Shown here: positions 42,832-59,098 of the stretch, piece after piece
Position numbering within the stretch: position 1 is the stretch's first letter
Layout: every line of letters begins with the position of its first letter
NCBI GenBank assembly: GCA_964016885.1
Contig: OZ024742.1
Coordinates: forward strand, 134,912,001-134,976,000
DNA from: Eledone cirrhosa
Lineage: Eukaryota
DNA: 64,000 nt
Direction of reading: 5' to 3'
Notes under the pieces: model-generated
The model's database searches: none
What the model saw: only the letters and a program-made list of their open reading frames with translations
Told to the model about the DNA's origin: nothing
Program-made: the position numbers and the translations under genes

Positions 42832-43580
42832 ATATAATATAGCGTAGACAACACATGAGAGAGAGTGTGTGTTTATCAGTTTATAGGGAATACCACTAGC
42901 GTATGGAACCTATAACTAAGAAAAGTGAGGTAGATACATTATAATTAAAAATATAAATTAGAATGAATTTACCCACCTTTATAACTATAAATCAGACACG
43001 TACAAAATCAGAAAGATTGTTTCGCCACAAAGTTAGTGTTTGGTTTGAACTCACCCAGGTTCATTAGCATGGTAAGTGTATACATTCCGAACGACTTTAA
43101 GAGAACTTAAAATAGCTGCCTTGCAACACGTGGGAAAAAGAAATGCGTGTATGAGACAGTAAACCAGTGGCTTGTGTAGGATGAGCCGCTAGAAATGGCA
43201 GCACCAAACCACTCAAATTAAGGTACTCAACAAAACAGAGAGAGTAAAGACCGTTGTTAGGAGCAATATATAAAAATAAAGTAACGGAGTCAAACAATCG
43301 CGTTAGTTACTGTAATTCATGAGCTCAAAGGAAGAATACGTGTCTGATTTATAGTTATAAAGGTGGGTCAATTCATTCTAATTTATATTTTTAATATAAT
43401 GTATCTACCTCACCTTTCTTAGTTTATAGCTTCCATACGCTAGTGGTATTCCTTGTCACCTGATAAACACACACTCTCTCTAGTGTGTTGGCTACTCTAT
43501 ATTATATTTGAAGAGCCCAGGATTTCTTTGAGCTATGAATTATAAGTACTAACGCGAGTTTTTGACTACCTTACTTAATT
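42832..43580. repeat. Interleaved inverted repeats
   Basis: 42832-43002 inverts 43338-43508; 43275-43330 inverts 43526-43577. Confidence 0.75.
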
Positions 43581-43591
43581 TTGATATACAT

Positions 43592-43642
<51 letters not shown>

Positions 43643-44336
43643 TGAAAGCGTCGGGACCCCGACGGATGAACACTTCCCATTTCAACAGCTAGTTACGAAC
43701 TGAATCGCAGGTTTTCTGCGGTAAAAGTAGCTCTCGTTATCGGGTTGGTGGTGTGGGCACTGCAACGTCCGAATACGGGAATACACTTCATACCTAGTCA
43801 TTAAAAGTCTTTAGAAAAGAACCTGGTTGTCTGGGCGTGCGGCTAGTTTATGGGGTGTGTAGTTGTATGTATATGTACATATTCGCTTGATCAAATGTCT
43901 GTCATAATTTATCATGACAAATATATTTAATCTTCTTTAGGTATGCTTTTTTGGTGGGGTCTCAAGACGGCCTAAGTATAGAACTGGCCTCAGTATCAAC
44001 GAATTATACTAAAGCAGCGATGAATTATTACTCGTTGACTTGTAAATGTCTACTGTTCAGTGGACTTCAAAACCGGACTATAGGTGTTTATCATTTGTTT
44101 TCAATTCACCGGAAATATATTCCTGGTATATCATCAATATTATATACACTTTGCCACAATCTAGAATACATATATTTCGTATGTCTACAAACATTATTTT
44201 ATCGCACCGGATGGGCAGATGCACATGTACAGTTGGAAACCGGCGGCCTCAACTCTTATATATTGAGGATATATATATATACTCTTTTACCCTATTTTAC
44301 TTGTTGAAGCCCTCCGGCTGAGGCTCTATATGTATA

Positions 44337-44380
<44 letters not shown>

Positions 44381-44426
44381 AATGAAAGGTATAGAAAGTA
44401 TTGCAGCAAGAAGCCAACAGTATTCC

Positions 44427-44503
<77 letters not shown>

Positions 44504-44566
44504 TAGAAAGTGAGGGTTTTTTTTACAAAATGAAACATAACCGAGGTGTCCTACACGAGTGAAAGT

Positions 44567-45800
44567 ATAAAGAAAAAGAGATGAAATCGAAAATGCAACT
44601 GGAGTCTTATTTTCTTTAAAAAATATATATATTTATTTGGTTCCTTTACCGGTTTCGCAGTTCTTCTGCTTTTCAAAAGGTGAGTTGAGATGGAGGGTCT
44701 GTGGTTTTTCTTACATCTGGTTGGTCTCTGAATGTTACTTTGTTTTATATGGGAAAAGTGGCTCGAAATGCCAGGTTTTTCGAGAAGTAATTTGATTGGT
44801 TTGTCAATAATTATAATAAATTTCGCGCCAGTTCGCGTTACAATAGTTCTTCAACTAAGAGGGGGGAGGGGGTGTGTCACAGGTTGTTTTTTCATATATG
44901 AGTGTTTGAATTTCTTTTTACTTGAAAAAAGGAGGCTCATGAAGGCTTTTTTTTGGTTGGTTACAAATGAAATTTGGCTGTCACGTGAACAATTTTTCAT
45001 TACATTTTTGCGCCCTTATTTGGAAAACTATTCTGTAGTCTTTATAGTGAATGTTATGACAATGGAAAGATAGTGGTCAAGAGAAAAGAGATTGGGAGAA
45101 TTGTTCTGGTTCAGTGAATATGGTTAGTTCGCTGGGGTGTCAGAGTTCATATTTTCTATTGAAGTGAAGATATGTATGTTTATTTGTGTGCTTGTGTGTG
45201 TGTATGTTTGTTTGTGTGTGTGTGTGTGTGTATGTGTGTATTGGAAGATGATTCTATTAGTAGAGATGGGGGAGAGAGTTGTGTGTGTGTGTATATGGGT
45301 GTTATGTGTGTGTGTGCGAGTTTGTTAAGATGGAGAGAATATATATTTTGTGTGTGTGTATATATATATGTGTGTAGGAAAGTGGTTCTATTAGTAGAAA
45401 TGGGGAGGGAGTTGTAGGTGTGGGGGTTGTTATGTGTGTGTATGGGTGTTATGTGTGTGGGAGTATGGTTAGCATGTTAAGATGAAGAGAATATATATAT
45501 ATATATATTGTGTGTGTATGTATGTGTGTGTGTAGGAAAGTGATTCCTTTAGTAGGAATATTTTTGAATGAACATATTTTCCTTACTTATTCGTGTTTGC
45601 TGTTGTATTGTCAGTGCAAACGTATGTTAAGGTTTATTTAGTTCGGGTTTTTATTTTCTAAACTAGAAGGTGTTATGTGTGTGTCTCAACTCACCTTTTG
45701 AAAAGCAGAAGAACTGCGAAACCGGTAAAGGAACCAAATAAATATATATATTTAAAAAAAAAATAAGACTCCAGTTGCATTTTCGATTTCATCTCTTTTT

Positions 45801-45806
<6 letters not shown>
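44567..45806. mobile_element. Head-to-head pLTR-like element with degenerate hammerhead (45694-45731)
   Basis: 44567-44690 inverts 45684-45806; CCTT TTGAAAA GCAG aagaa CTGC GAAA CCGG TA AAGG. Confidence 0.75.
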
Positions 45807-45854
<48 letters not shown>

Positions 45855-45900
45855 TTAAGGTTAATATAGGAATGTAGCCACCGCGAATACCGGAGGGCAA

Positions 45901-46935
<1,035 letters not shown>

Positions 46936-46944
46936 TATATATAT

Positions 46945-47180
46945 ATATATATTTATTAAAATAACAGATTAAAGTTTAAGCAAATAATTGTTGCTTTCAC
47001 CCTTAACGGGATCTTCTGTTTCAGAAGATCCCGTTAAGGGTGAAAGCAGCGATTCTTTACTTAAACTTTAATCTGTTATTTTAATAAATATTTGCTCTAC
47101 GGTTCTTATATATTTGATATATATTTATCCTTAACGAGCCCTCTTTGGATTTTAGTCTTCAAATTTATTATTATTACTAT
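46945..47180. mobile_element. Head-to-head element in (TA)n; same family as 24990-25155
   Basis: Palindrome centre GGGATCTTCTG-ttt-CAGAAGATCCC; 47035-47180 is nearly identical to 25010-25155; hammerhead-like CAGAAGA T CCC gttaa GGG T GAAA. Confidence 0.8.
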
Positions 47181-47329
47181 ATATATATATATTCATTATA
47201 TCTATTGAGGCAAGTAATCAGTGATATATCTGTTATGGCACCGTTGTAGAAACTGTCGTTAATCACAATTAAAAGTCGTCCTACGGAATTTAGTAGTTCT
47301 ATACCTTCGATTTTTTAATTAACTTTTGC

Positions 47330-47409
<80 letters not shown>

Positions 47410-47440
47410 CTGTGTGTACATATACAGAAAGAGATATATT

Positions 47441-47532
<92 letters not shown>

Positions 47533-48175
47533 CACTCGAAGAAGTCTAAGACAAATATATAGTTAAAGAGAGGAGATTGAACGGGTGAGTGGGAAAATGT
47601 GAAACAAAATCAGAAACAAAGAGAAAATCTGTGAAATATGTAGAATCATATAATTCTATGTAGGTCAGCTTTTCTTTTGATTTCGCACCGCAAATCTTTG
47701 TTATTTATTAAACGTTTATACGATTAAGGTAATTGACAACCAACAAACCCAGCCACATCCACACACTAAATCACATGCATACAAACATGAAAACACTCAG
47801 GGACTTTTGACCTTTCTTAAGTTCATATCGGCTCTAACATAGCAGAAGACATACATTTCAATGAAGTTATTTTAGCACACCTTAGCATATTCATATTAAG
47901 TGAAAGGCATACACTCCCATACACATACTGAAATATCTGTAACTATTTATCAAATCTTGGTGAAGGACATATTTAAAGTAGAACATGAAAAGTACTAAAG
48001 CTAAGACACGTGTACAAAAAATTACATGTATACACACATATATCAATATAAAACCAGACGAAGATTTTGGACAAATACATGTATCCAATTAATCATTTGT
48101 TCACAAACACTGTATCACTTATTGTATACTGTAGCTATTACATACTAACAAACTATTGCATATAAACTAAATAAC

Positions 48176-48290
48176 TGTTTCTACTTTAGGCACAAGGCCA
48201 GCAATTCACCAGTACATTACTGGTACTTTATTTGATCGACCCCGTAAGGATGAAAGGCAAAGTCAACCTCGGTGGGATTGACTTTGCCTT
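48176..48290 (-). mobile_element. SINE family 1, truncated, with small 5' inversion
   Basis: TSD TATAAACTAAATAAC; TTGACTTTGCCT at the truncated end inverts the internal AGGCAAAGTCAA. Confidence 0.85.
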
Positions 48291-48344
48291 ATAAACTAAA
48301 TAACGCGCATACATACATACATACATACATACATACATACATGG

Positions 48345-48952
48345 TGGCTGCCAACTCGTTTTCGAGTACGGCCACTACTTTATATCCTTGTAGGAGAAAC
48401 CCTACCGATGCGCTGAACGAGTGTGACGTTTTAGTCCAGCCAGCGACGTGAAAATGCTGGTACAAACACTACACTTGTGACAATTATTGACACATAGTGC
48501 TGGTCCCATGGTACCATGTGACAACAAGTGCAGAGAGATATTCAGATATAAAGCAATGCCTGTGCCGTGAAGCTTTTATAGTGAGCAAAGGCACTGCTCA
48601 AAGCCAGTCCAACTCTCTTAAACAATATGATATTTACTAAAAAGAAGAACAAGTCAACATCATTGGATACCATCAGTGTTGCAGGTGTTATATCAGAGTT
48701 TTCCTTCTCCTAGAATTCTGCCTTGACAAAGGCTAAGGGTTCATCTCTCCCAGTGATTTTGGATGGGCATTGACTCTTAAGAGATCATTTGCCCTTTGAC
48801 AGGTTTTGTTTTTATTCCTGCAGGATGTCCAAAGTCACCCTCCTCACCAAGAAACCTTGGTGGGGTTGCCAGTTTAGTCGCCAACGACCCGACCATGGGA
48901 CAGGTTGTACTGGGATACATGTTACCAGTAGCACCAACTGGTGACCTGACAT
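48345..48952 (-). mobile_element. Possible LINE (RTE-like) 5' region remnant
   Basis: GC-richer insert within a (CATA)n tract; the motif GGCGACTAAACTGGCAACCCCACC resembles RTE 5' UTRs from recall only. Confidence 0.4.
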
Positions 48953-51450
48953 CCATACATAGGTTCATACATACAAACGTACATACATATAGTCACTCGA
49001 ATATACATATAGACCAACACATAAACATACTATTATATATATCTTCGCTGTATAGCATACCACCTGCACTTATTGACATTAACAAAATATAACTTTAATT
49101 TTAGAAGAGCCTCCCAAACCTTTGTAGTCCCTGTATATTTATATCTGAAAAGCGGCCTAGCCGTCACAAAATAATTAGCCTTTAATTAGGATACATATTA
49201 TATACTTACATGGAGTGTAACCTCTGCGCAGCAACATTCAGCATTACATTCTATATGAACAGAGATCTTATTTATTGTTATGAACACTGTATATTGCATA
49301 CCTGTAAGCTAATGTCTCAGCATTTATTTACAAGTGTTTGAAATATTTATACTGAGAGGAGGAATAGATTCACCAACATTTTACATAGGTTTTCAAAGAT
49401 CCCGTAACTAATGGCATGCTAGAATTAAATTACACCCAAACTGCATATTATGGCCCGTGTGCGTATCACAGAGTGTTGTCTGCTAATCCCAGTGGAAGAA
49501 TGTGGTATTGAAGATTAGTGATTGAATTCATCTTTCGAGAATGGCAGCAGGCTCGCAATTGCCTGTAAACAGGTGACCCTTTACAGTAGAAAAACCTGAT
49601 GGTCGAACGGGTTTAAGAGCCCTCCTGTGAACACATTGATACAAATGAAAAATGTTTTGCTTTATATTTTTAGTTATTGCAAACTCACTAGATGAAGTAG
49701 CGAAAGCAATAAATTATTGAATCAATAGATGAATAGGACCTGTTTTATAGTGTTGCGTTTTGGTGGAAATTCCTTCCCTCAAAATAATCTCGAGGTTATT
49801 AAAAGTCCCTGAAGTGATGGTGCAATTATGAATTATTTGAAAGTTATAATTATAATCCTTCTCTGTGAAAGAATGGAAATTAGAATAATTGTAGACTACC
49901 AAAATAAGGTTGTCTTATTCACAGGTGTTGGCCCGAATTTGGAAGATAATCTTGTCATTTTCAGCAGAAATAACATTCAGTTTCTGTTCAGATAGAGGAC
50001 AAATTGTTTGGATACATAGGTACAGCAAAGAAAATGGGTCCTACTGGTGTTTTCTTTAATCAGATAGAAAAGCCTGCAATACAGCGAATAATACATCACG
50101 TGGAAATTTTTCTCTAAATTCGTCTAGAACACTTAATTGAGTTCCTTTAATTGAAAGCACGTGCCCATGCCAATGGGAAAGCCTTCATTTTGAATTGTGT
50201 ACAGTTGATTCAAGTAATTCTTGCTTTAATATTGTATGTCCTAGCTCGAGAATTTTCACCGATTGCTCTTCTGAGACATATTCGGAGTACGAATCTTCTA
50301 GTAGTATTCTCAATTCGTATCATGTTGATGTCAAAGCAAAATAAATCCAAACCTTATTATTGAACTATCTGCCGATTGGTAAATACCATTTAGTCATGCA
50401 TGCAGTCGTTAAAATCCTCGAATGATATTTCCGTATCCTGAAAATCACACGAACATCAAATTGTCCTCGTTGGAAATATATATATAATTTAGACTTGCTA
50501 GGCCATTGTTGAAACTTACATCAGTTAGTTTCAGAAATCAAGTGACTACTTCAGCGCTCTTGGTTTTCAAACATAACTTTACAATGACATCGTGAGCACA
50601 TCAGATATTGCTATGCACCATGCATATGTATTTGATTCCCTTATCTAGATTTTCAGGCAATGATCCTTTAAATGTTCCATGTAAAGTAGTGTAAACGCTT
50701 CATTCATGAGGCTTATGACATATATAGATAGTAATATAGTTCTCGTTATGTAAAAACAGACGTTCCGTGGAGTCAATGTCTAAATAATTGGTTCAGAAAT
50801 GGTACAGACGCTCCGTACAAATCGGAGTGGTACAGTGTACTAATAAAAGATGAATAAAAGATTTTGAAGAATATATTATATGATACTCATATTCTGGAAG
50901 CCCTCCGAGCACAGATCAAGTACGCTCTTACAGAATGTGCGATATCCTGTTTGTAAGTATTTAAAATAAGTAAGTTAATCGGGCATAAAAACCATCTTGA
51001 TCTTGGGCTATGTAGAAAATGGTTAATGGTTGATGCGTAGGCATATGAACTAGGTGGCATTTTTTCATGTTGAATTCAAACAAGATGAACGAATGAAAAA
51101 TCAATTCGTAAATTGGACGTAATAAACTTTGTCTATGTTATATCCAATATACCTTTTCTAGGATTGTATTCACAAGGCAGGAAAAAGTCATGATGGCTGT
51201 GAGGTTGGCTTCAGTAAGATCATGTCGATTGATTTTGTCACATAAATATTTTGCATATCTATAAATGGATTAAAGGGCAAAAAGCGATCTATAAGTATAT
51301 ACCTTTACATATTGAGTGGCATAGAGAAAGCCGTTTCTTTAGTGTCTGCCAAATGTAGGAGTGGTGGGGGTATAGAGACTCGTAGAAAAGCACAGCTTTT
51401 TAATAGTTAGAGATGATATTCTTCAGACACGATTTGATGAATATCTTATG

Positions 51451-51524
<74 letters not shown>

Positions 51525-52182
51525 AATATAAGGCAGAGTTAATAACCATACTGATAACTTGTAATTAACAAGCTCAAAGTATAAATACTGAGCATTTTAA
51601 TAATATATGTAGTAACAAACACAGTAAATCGTGTGTCTAAAATTACGAGGGTTGAAATACCAAATTTGTTTGAGACCTGATGATGCCCACGGATAAACTG
51701 TTACAAACACAAATCTCAGAGTTCATGCCGTTTCGACGGCTATTTCTGGCTATTTCCAGAAATAGCCGTCGAAACGGCTTGAGCTCTGCCGTCGGGGATA
51801 AACATGTTCCTATTACCCACAATACTACCCTAAGTATTGAGTACTCTGGTGCTTTATGGTCCATCTATTTCCTTACCACACCTCCTTCGATATATATATA
51901 TATATATATATATAAACACAAATACATTGAGATATATTTCTGAATGTATGTACAAGTGTAATACTTGATGCTAGAAAGATGAACACATAGTTAATACACA
52001 CACACACATAAATCTAATCAGCCAGGATTTTTGTACTAGCATGCTGAATTACAGATGGATCTGATTGATACCAAGTACACTTACACATTCCCACAAAACT
52101 TACACTATCGGATTTGCTTGAATATCACGTAAACACTTACTACGTATAGTTACATGCATGAACATGCACACTAGCAAAACGC

Positions 52183-52315
<133 letters not shown>

Positions 52316-52597
52316 TGTGTGAGAGGGTGTGTGAGTGTGTGTGTTTATATGTACGTGTATGAACACCTGTGTGTGTGTGCGAAACTAGCAGAACACAAAC
52401 ACCTTAATCCTTAAAGCTGATCCAGCTTTGAAGAATGATCGATAGCTTGACCTAATTCTGAATAATCCTCATGTGCTTCACAGACGTCTGTGCAACACAC
52501 ACACACGTATATGTGTGTGTGGGCGTATGTAGTTGTGTGATAGTGTGCGTGTGTGTAGAAATACTTGCAAACACACGTTAAATTCAGAATGTAAAGC

Positions 52598-52742
52598 AGC
52601 ATAGAGTTATTCTCCTTTATGTTCTGAGTTCAAATACCGCCGAGGTTAACTTTGGCTTTAACCCTTACGGGGTCGAAACATTAAAAAGCACCAGTAATGC
52701 ACTGGGCTAATTGCAGGCCTTGTGCTTAAAAAAGAAACAATT
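52598..52742 (+). mobile_element. SINE family 1, diverged (a more diverged relative lies at 53369-53570)
   Basis: B box, core and tail are recognisable with substitutions. Confidence 0.75.
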
Positions 52743-54687
52743 ATATATATATTGGCTTTTGGAAACCGCCCCAATGCAGATGAATATAAATAATAGTCGA
52801 ATAAGGCAGCTATTTCATTCTGGATACAAATATATATGGATAGAAACGCCTACGTGGGTCAATTTTCGAACCATCTGTATACCCGACAATAACGCTTTAA
52901 TATTACACCAAAGCACATTAGGCTACTAAGTTCGGAAGTTTTAGAAGCGCTATGTATTAAAGTGGAAGTGAAAATAACATTTGATTCATTTCAGATCAAT
53001 CAAAGAAATACGAGTATATGAATATATGATTTCGCTTTGGGATAGCCGCCACAATAATTCGGCTAAAATATGTTATCTACGGGAAATATACATAAATACA
53101 ATAGACGCGTACGTGGAAGCATATAAGATATGTTTATGTATAATACAGTTTGTTTTGCGTATTTTAATATGTAATAACAACACAGCTAGATTAATAGGCA
53201 CACGAGAACACCAACTAGCAATATTTCAGAATCGTTAATTAATGATCAGTGACATCCTACATTCTCGGTAATGAATCAGAGAAGCTAATAAGTCAAATAT
53301 AGACATTTTTAATAAGGATATTTCGTATCAAATGATGGCTATTTTTAAAAAGCAATAAGATGGTAGAACTGCTGTATCGGTAGAACGTCGGACAATATGC
53401 TTTGTGGTATGTAGTGGGTATTTACGGTCTGAGGACAAATACCATCGAGTTTAGATCTGTCTTTCATCCTTACGATGTCAATAAAATAATGTACCAGTAA
53501 TGCACCTCGGTAAATTTAATTGACTTCCCCTCCACCTACATTATTGGCCTTGTGCCTAATTTAGCAACCGTTACTAAATAACAGCAGTACACACACCTTC
53601 TAATACAAATTTTCTCTGAAATACTCTACTATATATGTGTGTATTGTAGTTTCGATATGAGTATTTTAGTTATAAGTATCTAATAGCTACTTCAGTAACA
53701 GGGTAAACGCTTAAATATATAATTGTTTTCATACACAAGTTTTGAAATTTCTGTGAAAGCATGGGTTGTTTGTCTAAAAATAAGAATTGAAGTACATACA
53801 CAGACACACACAAACAAACACACACACACACAAACACATATATATATATATATACACACATACAGGAAAATGTTTCACCCCGATGGGGTTAAACATGTTC
53901 GTATTACCCACCTTATTACCCTAAGTATTGAGTATTATGGTGCGTTATGGTCAATCTGGTTCCTTACCACACCTCCTTCGTTATACATACACACACATAT
54001 ATATGGAGGATTTTTAGTGTGTCTCTTCAGTTGGAAAGATTTAGACCATGTGTCTTCTTTGAGAGAAACCTGTTTACTTCGACCTCTCTCGTGAAAATCG
54101 TCATGAGCACTAACACTGTATGTCAAAACAGAAAAGATATTTCAGAATAACTCAAAGCCTATTTAAATTAGAGTGCAACTTTTTGTCTGATATAATGCAT
54201 TTCTAAAACAATGTGATGACTATAATTTGTGTATACATTTTAGGAGCGTGTAGGCGCGTTGATTAGTTGTTATAGAGTTTGATTCGCAATCGTGAGTTTG
54301 CGAGTTCAATTCTCTGATCGGGTGTTGCGTTGTGTCCTTGAGGAAGACACTTCTGCCAGGAGTTGTCACGAGTAGATAAAATTCGGCAAGCGAATGAGAT
54401 CTTTGATCTTGTCGATCGATCAGAACGAGAGTGATATACTTTAGATTTATAATTATGTATGAGGAAACTGATATTAAACCAGGCGAAAAGCTCTATAGGG
54501 GGTGTTAGCATAACACCTTAAGATAAACATGTAGTTAATTAAATAAACATATTTGATGAAACTATATAAAGTGTCATGTCAATTTGAACTTGTCGCCATG
54601 GAAAAATAACTACGAAATTAAACTCTAAGTAACGGTCATTAAATGTTGATGGTACCGTAAGAAATATGTATATATATATGTCTGGGT

Positions 54688-54743
<56 letters not shown>

Positions 54744-54895
54744 TAAATGTGAGGTAGAGAAAATTCCTTAATAAGAAAAAAAAAATAAAGATAATATATT
54801 TAAATTATACATATATTCGAAAGTACAATGAAATGATATCAATATATATGCATATATTTACCCACACACACACACACACACATACACACACACAC

Positions 54896-54949
<54 letters not shown>

Positions 54950-55098
54950 TGGGTGAAGAGAGAGAGTGAATGGGAGGAGAGATAATTCCTTAATCAGAAA
55001 GAAAAAAAATAAAGGTAATATATTTAAATTATACATATATTCGAAAGTACAATGAAATTATATCAATATATATTCATATATTTACACACACACGCACT

Positions 55099-55157
<59 letters not shown>

Positions 55158-56863
55158 AAATACAAATATTAATAAAATAGATGTTCTTTTGATCAATTAA
55201 ATGTTATTATACATATTTCGGAGGTACAACAGTACGTCATCATCAGACAAAATATAATGATACATGACATACCCTGAGATGTTAAATGGTTAAGATTTAA
55301 TCAAGGTAGTGAATAACCTAAGAGAAAATTCAACATGTATACCATAATAATGAGAAAATGCTAAAGTTAAATAGATACCTATTAGTATTAGTGATACAGT
55401 ATACTTTAGGTAAATGATAACGATTATAATCTTATATAATAGATTTCAACGTGTTACATTTAAATACATACATATATATAAGAAAAATAATAATAATAAA
55501 TGCATGGATAATTCAGAGTTCAAAATAAGGTCCGTAATAATTTATAGTTGGGATATTTGCTCTATATTTGAATCATGGATATGGTAGGTATATTTAAAAA
55601 TCTTACAAAAGATAATTACATGCAAATTATAAATAAGAAATAAAAAATGTAAACACATGAAAGATTCACAGTTAAAAATAAGCTCCGTAAAAATATATAG
55701 GTTGGATATTTAAACTAAAATTTAAAACTTAGATAGGAAAATAAAGATAGAGAAATAATGGTATGGATCAAAGTTAATAATATTATGTTATGTATATCAA
55801 CATGCCAGCGTGTTATTGAACAAGTGTCATTCATTCGAGCGTTATTTCACTTTGAACTGTGAATAATTCAAGCAATTACACCCTGTTATATATAGGTATA
55901 TATTTAACTTTAGCATGCTTCAATCTATTATTTTATATTTGTAATCATTTACCTAAAATATACTGGCTCATTAATATATATCTATATACATAATCGTTAT
56001 TTAAATATTTCTAACAATAAGTACTTCATAAGATTTACATACCAAAAATGTTGACATTTTTATAGATAATCTTCGTTAAAGTTTACATTTAGGAAATATT
56101 CAACATTATAAATTTTCCTTTCGCTGGCCAGGTAAATCCTTTAAATGTTATCCTCATAAAATTCAGAAGTTTAGAAATGTTAACACACTTATAGAATTTA
56201 TAAAATTAATAACTATAAATAACCAGCAACATTTAAAAATCTTGATTCTTCACCCTAAAATAACATAAATTAAATATTTTGAAACTTAACCGTTCAGCTT
56301 TTGGAAAAAAATCTCTTTCTGCATATATTACTCCCCTTTATCTTTCCCTCTCTTTAAATCCCCTTTCAGCGGCCCTCATTGAATGTTATAATTCATGAGA
56401 TGTTTTCCTAGATAACCATAACTTGTAGTATCGTACATTTTAAACTCTCTATAGCTGTCACATTAACCAACGTTTTTCTTACTCACACATTCTCTATTGA
56501 ATTTGTTACGTTTTCGCATTTACTCTTTATTAGGGTATAAATGTTGAATTTTCTCTTAGGTGAATCACTACTTTGATTAAATCTTAACCATTTAACATCT
56601 CAGGGTATGTGATGTATCATTATATTTTGTCTGATGATGACGTACTGTTGTACCTCCGAAATATGTTTAATAACATTTAATTGATCAAAAGAACATCTAT
56701 TTTATAAATATTTGTATTTTAATATTAATAACTCTGGAAAATTATTTTTGCTGTAGAGTGCTTCCAATCTACTGTAAAACGCATTGTTTGATATACTCAT
56801 TGAATCTTCTTTAACTCTTTAATATATACTGCTCCCAACTGGTTGATTGCATATTCAATAAAT

Positions 56864-59098
56864 ATGGATTTCTTAAACTTCCCGACTTCCCTCAAAGATA
56901 TACCCATACCTTCAAACGAAGAATACATGAGGAAAACTATCGAACAGACAAACTCTTTTATTAGAAGATTGAGATGGAGAGCATTTCATTTCGAAAATGA
57001 AGATGCTGAAAGAAAAACAAAAAACAATGATTTTGAATCTTTATTTAAATCAAGAAAGAATCCTCCATACAACAAAATTCTGGAGGTTTTTGAAACAGAA
57101 ATGCTCGGTATAATAAAAAAAATTAAATTCAGGAAAAACCCGTATATAGGTGACCAATACCTTAGAACACTAAAAGAAAAAATCACGGAAATAAAAAATG
57201 TAAACAAAGTATTGGTTAAATCGGACAAAACTAATAATTTATATGGGATAAACAAAGATGAATATAACAACTTGATTTTAAAGGAACATAGGAAAAATTA
57301 CAAAAAAGCCCCGGCTGATGATCTTACTGAAATTAATGAAGAATTAATTACCAATTTAGAAGGAAGAACCGAGCCATTCTTACCTAGGCAGCCGAGCATT
57401 AACTTGAAGGATCACAAAAGAAACTTTGAGGAAGTGATACCAGTTAGATTGATTGCTCCATCGAAATCGGATATTGGAGTAATCAGTAAAAACATCATCG
57501 ATAGAATATTACCCGCTCTTAAATTAAGATCTAATTTGAGCTTGTGGAAAGATACAAATGAAGTCAGAGAATGGTACAGGATAAGAAAAACCATAAATTC
57601 ATCCAGATGGACATTACAAGCTACTATTATTCCATAACACCTAACCTTCTAAATAAGGCTCTTTCATATGCTTATAAGCAAACTGATATAACCACGGATA
57701 AAATTGATATAATACTAACAGCAAGAAGAACGCTTATTAACTTCAACAATGAATATTGGACCCGCTCAGATAGAGATAGACACTTTGATATCACTATGGG
57801 GGCATCCGATTCCGCGCAAATCACAGATCTTCTGGGAATTTTCATATTCAATATGATAAATAGAAAACTGCCAGAGATTACCGGTGGTTTATATAGGGAC
57901 GACATTTTATTTACGGTGGTCAAACACAACAATATGAGTAAAGAAAAGTATAATAGAATTCTTTAAAATGTATGACCTTAAGTTAGAAGTCGAAAATGGT
58001 ACCAAAATAGTTAATTTCCTAGACGTTACGTTTAACTTAAACACTGGCTTCTATTACCCTTTTCATAAGCCCAATGAACACTTAAACTATGTTAGTAACC
58101 ATTCCAATCACACTAAATCTGTAAAGAAAAGCTATAGTAATCAGTGTGCAAAAACCAATTAATAAAATATCACCCAATAAAGCTATATGCGATAAAAACG
58201 CCGAATACTACCACAACGCATTAAAAAGAGCTGGATATGTGAATAATATAGAATATGTAGATAATAATAATCCAAGTATTAATCTTGATAAAAATAATAA
58301 CATATATAAGAGATACTATAATAATTATAATTCAAACACCCATACGCCAGATAAATCGAGGATAAGAACTAGAACTAAATCAGTCATATGGTCCCCCCCC
58401 CCCTGCTTCGGACGCAGTTAGAACACCAATTTCAAAATTATTTTTTAACGATTTGGACACCTCTTTCCCTACTCAACATAAATACCATTCCATTTTTAAT
58501 AGACACACCATTAAATTCTCGTATTCTCCAACTATGAACATGGCCCAAAACATTGCCAAATTAACAGTAAAATCCTAAAATAAAACCAGCATAATAATCT
58601 TAATAATAGAGTTAACATAAATGATGCTAAACCAAAAGGTAATTGTAGAAATAAAACTGATGACCTTTGCAAAATAATTGTCTAGATAGTAATTTGGTTT
58701 ATAAATGCACCGTAAAAACTGATCACAACACATACACCTACATAGGATCGACTTCTTCTACATTCAAAGACACATCTGCGAAACATAAATGCGCATTCTC
58801 GAACTCCAAGAGGAAATCATCCACTTCTTTATCACAGCCCATATGGTCATTAAAAGAGAGGAATTTAAAATACTCCATTCTTTGGACAAAACTTCGGAAT
58901 TGTGGAGTTTACCGCAACTCTAGTAGATCAAATAACTGCGCACTCTGTACAATGGAGACCCTGTTGATTATTAATAACTATGAGACCCTAATTAACAAAA
59001 AAAGTGAATTGTTCTCTAGTTGCCTTCATAAAGCTACGTCTACATGCTTAGCATCCCACAAAACTAGAAACAAAGAGAAAGAAACACTAAACCATTAA
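56864..59098 (+). pseudogene. Frameshifted PLE RT + GIY-YIG ORF (Naiad-like)
   Basis: MDFLNFPTSLKDIP, RLRWRAFHF, KDHK..PVRLIAPSKSDIG, DITSYY, ITMGASD, GGLYRDD, NFLDVTFNL, NLVYKC..YIGST, CALC, SSCLH; several frameshifts. Confidence 0.95.

Noticed and set aside
49500-51400. Microsatellite-free stretch possibly a decayed DNA transposase
   Set aside because: No DDE motif or terminal inverted repeats could be identified reliably by eye.
51678-51720. CTGATGA upstream of the family X half-hammerhead
   Set aside because: No helix I or II pairing connects it to the downstream GAAA.
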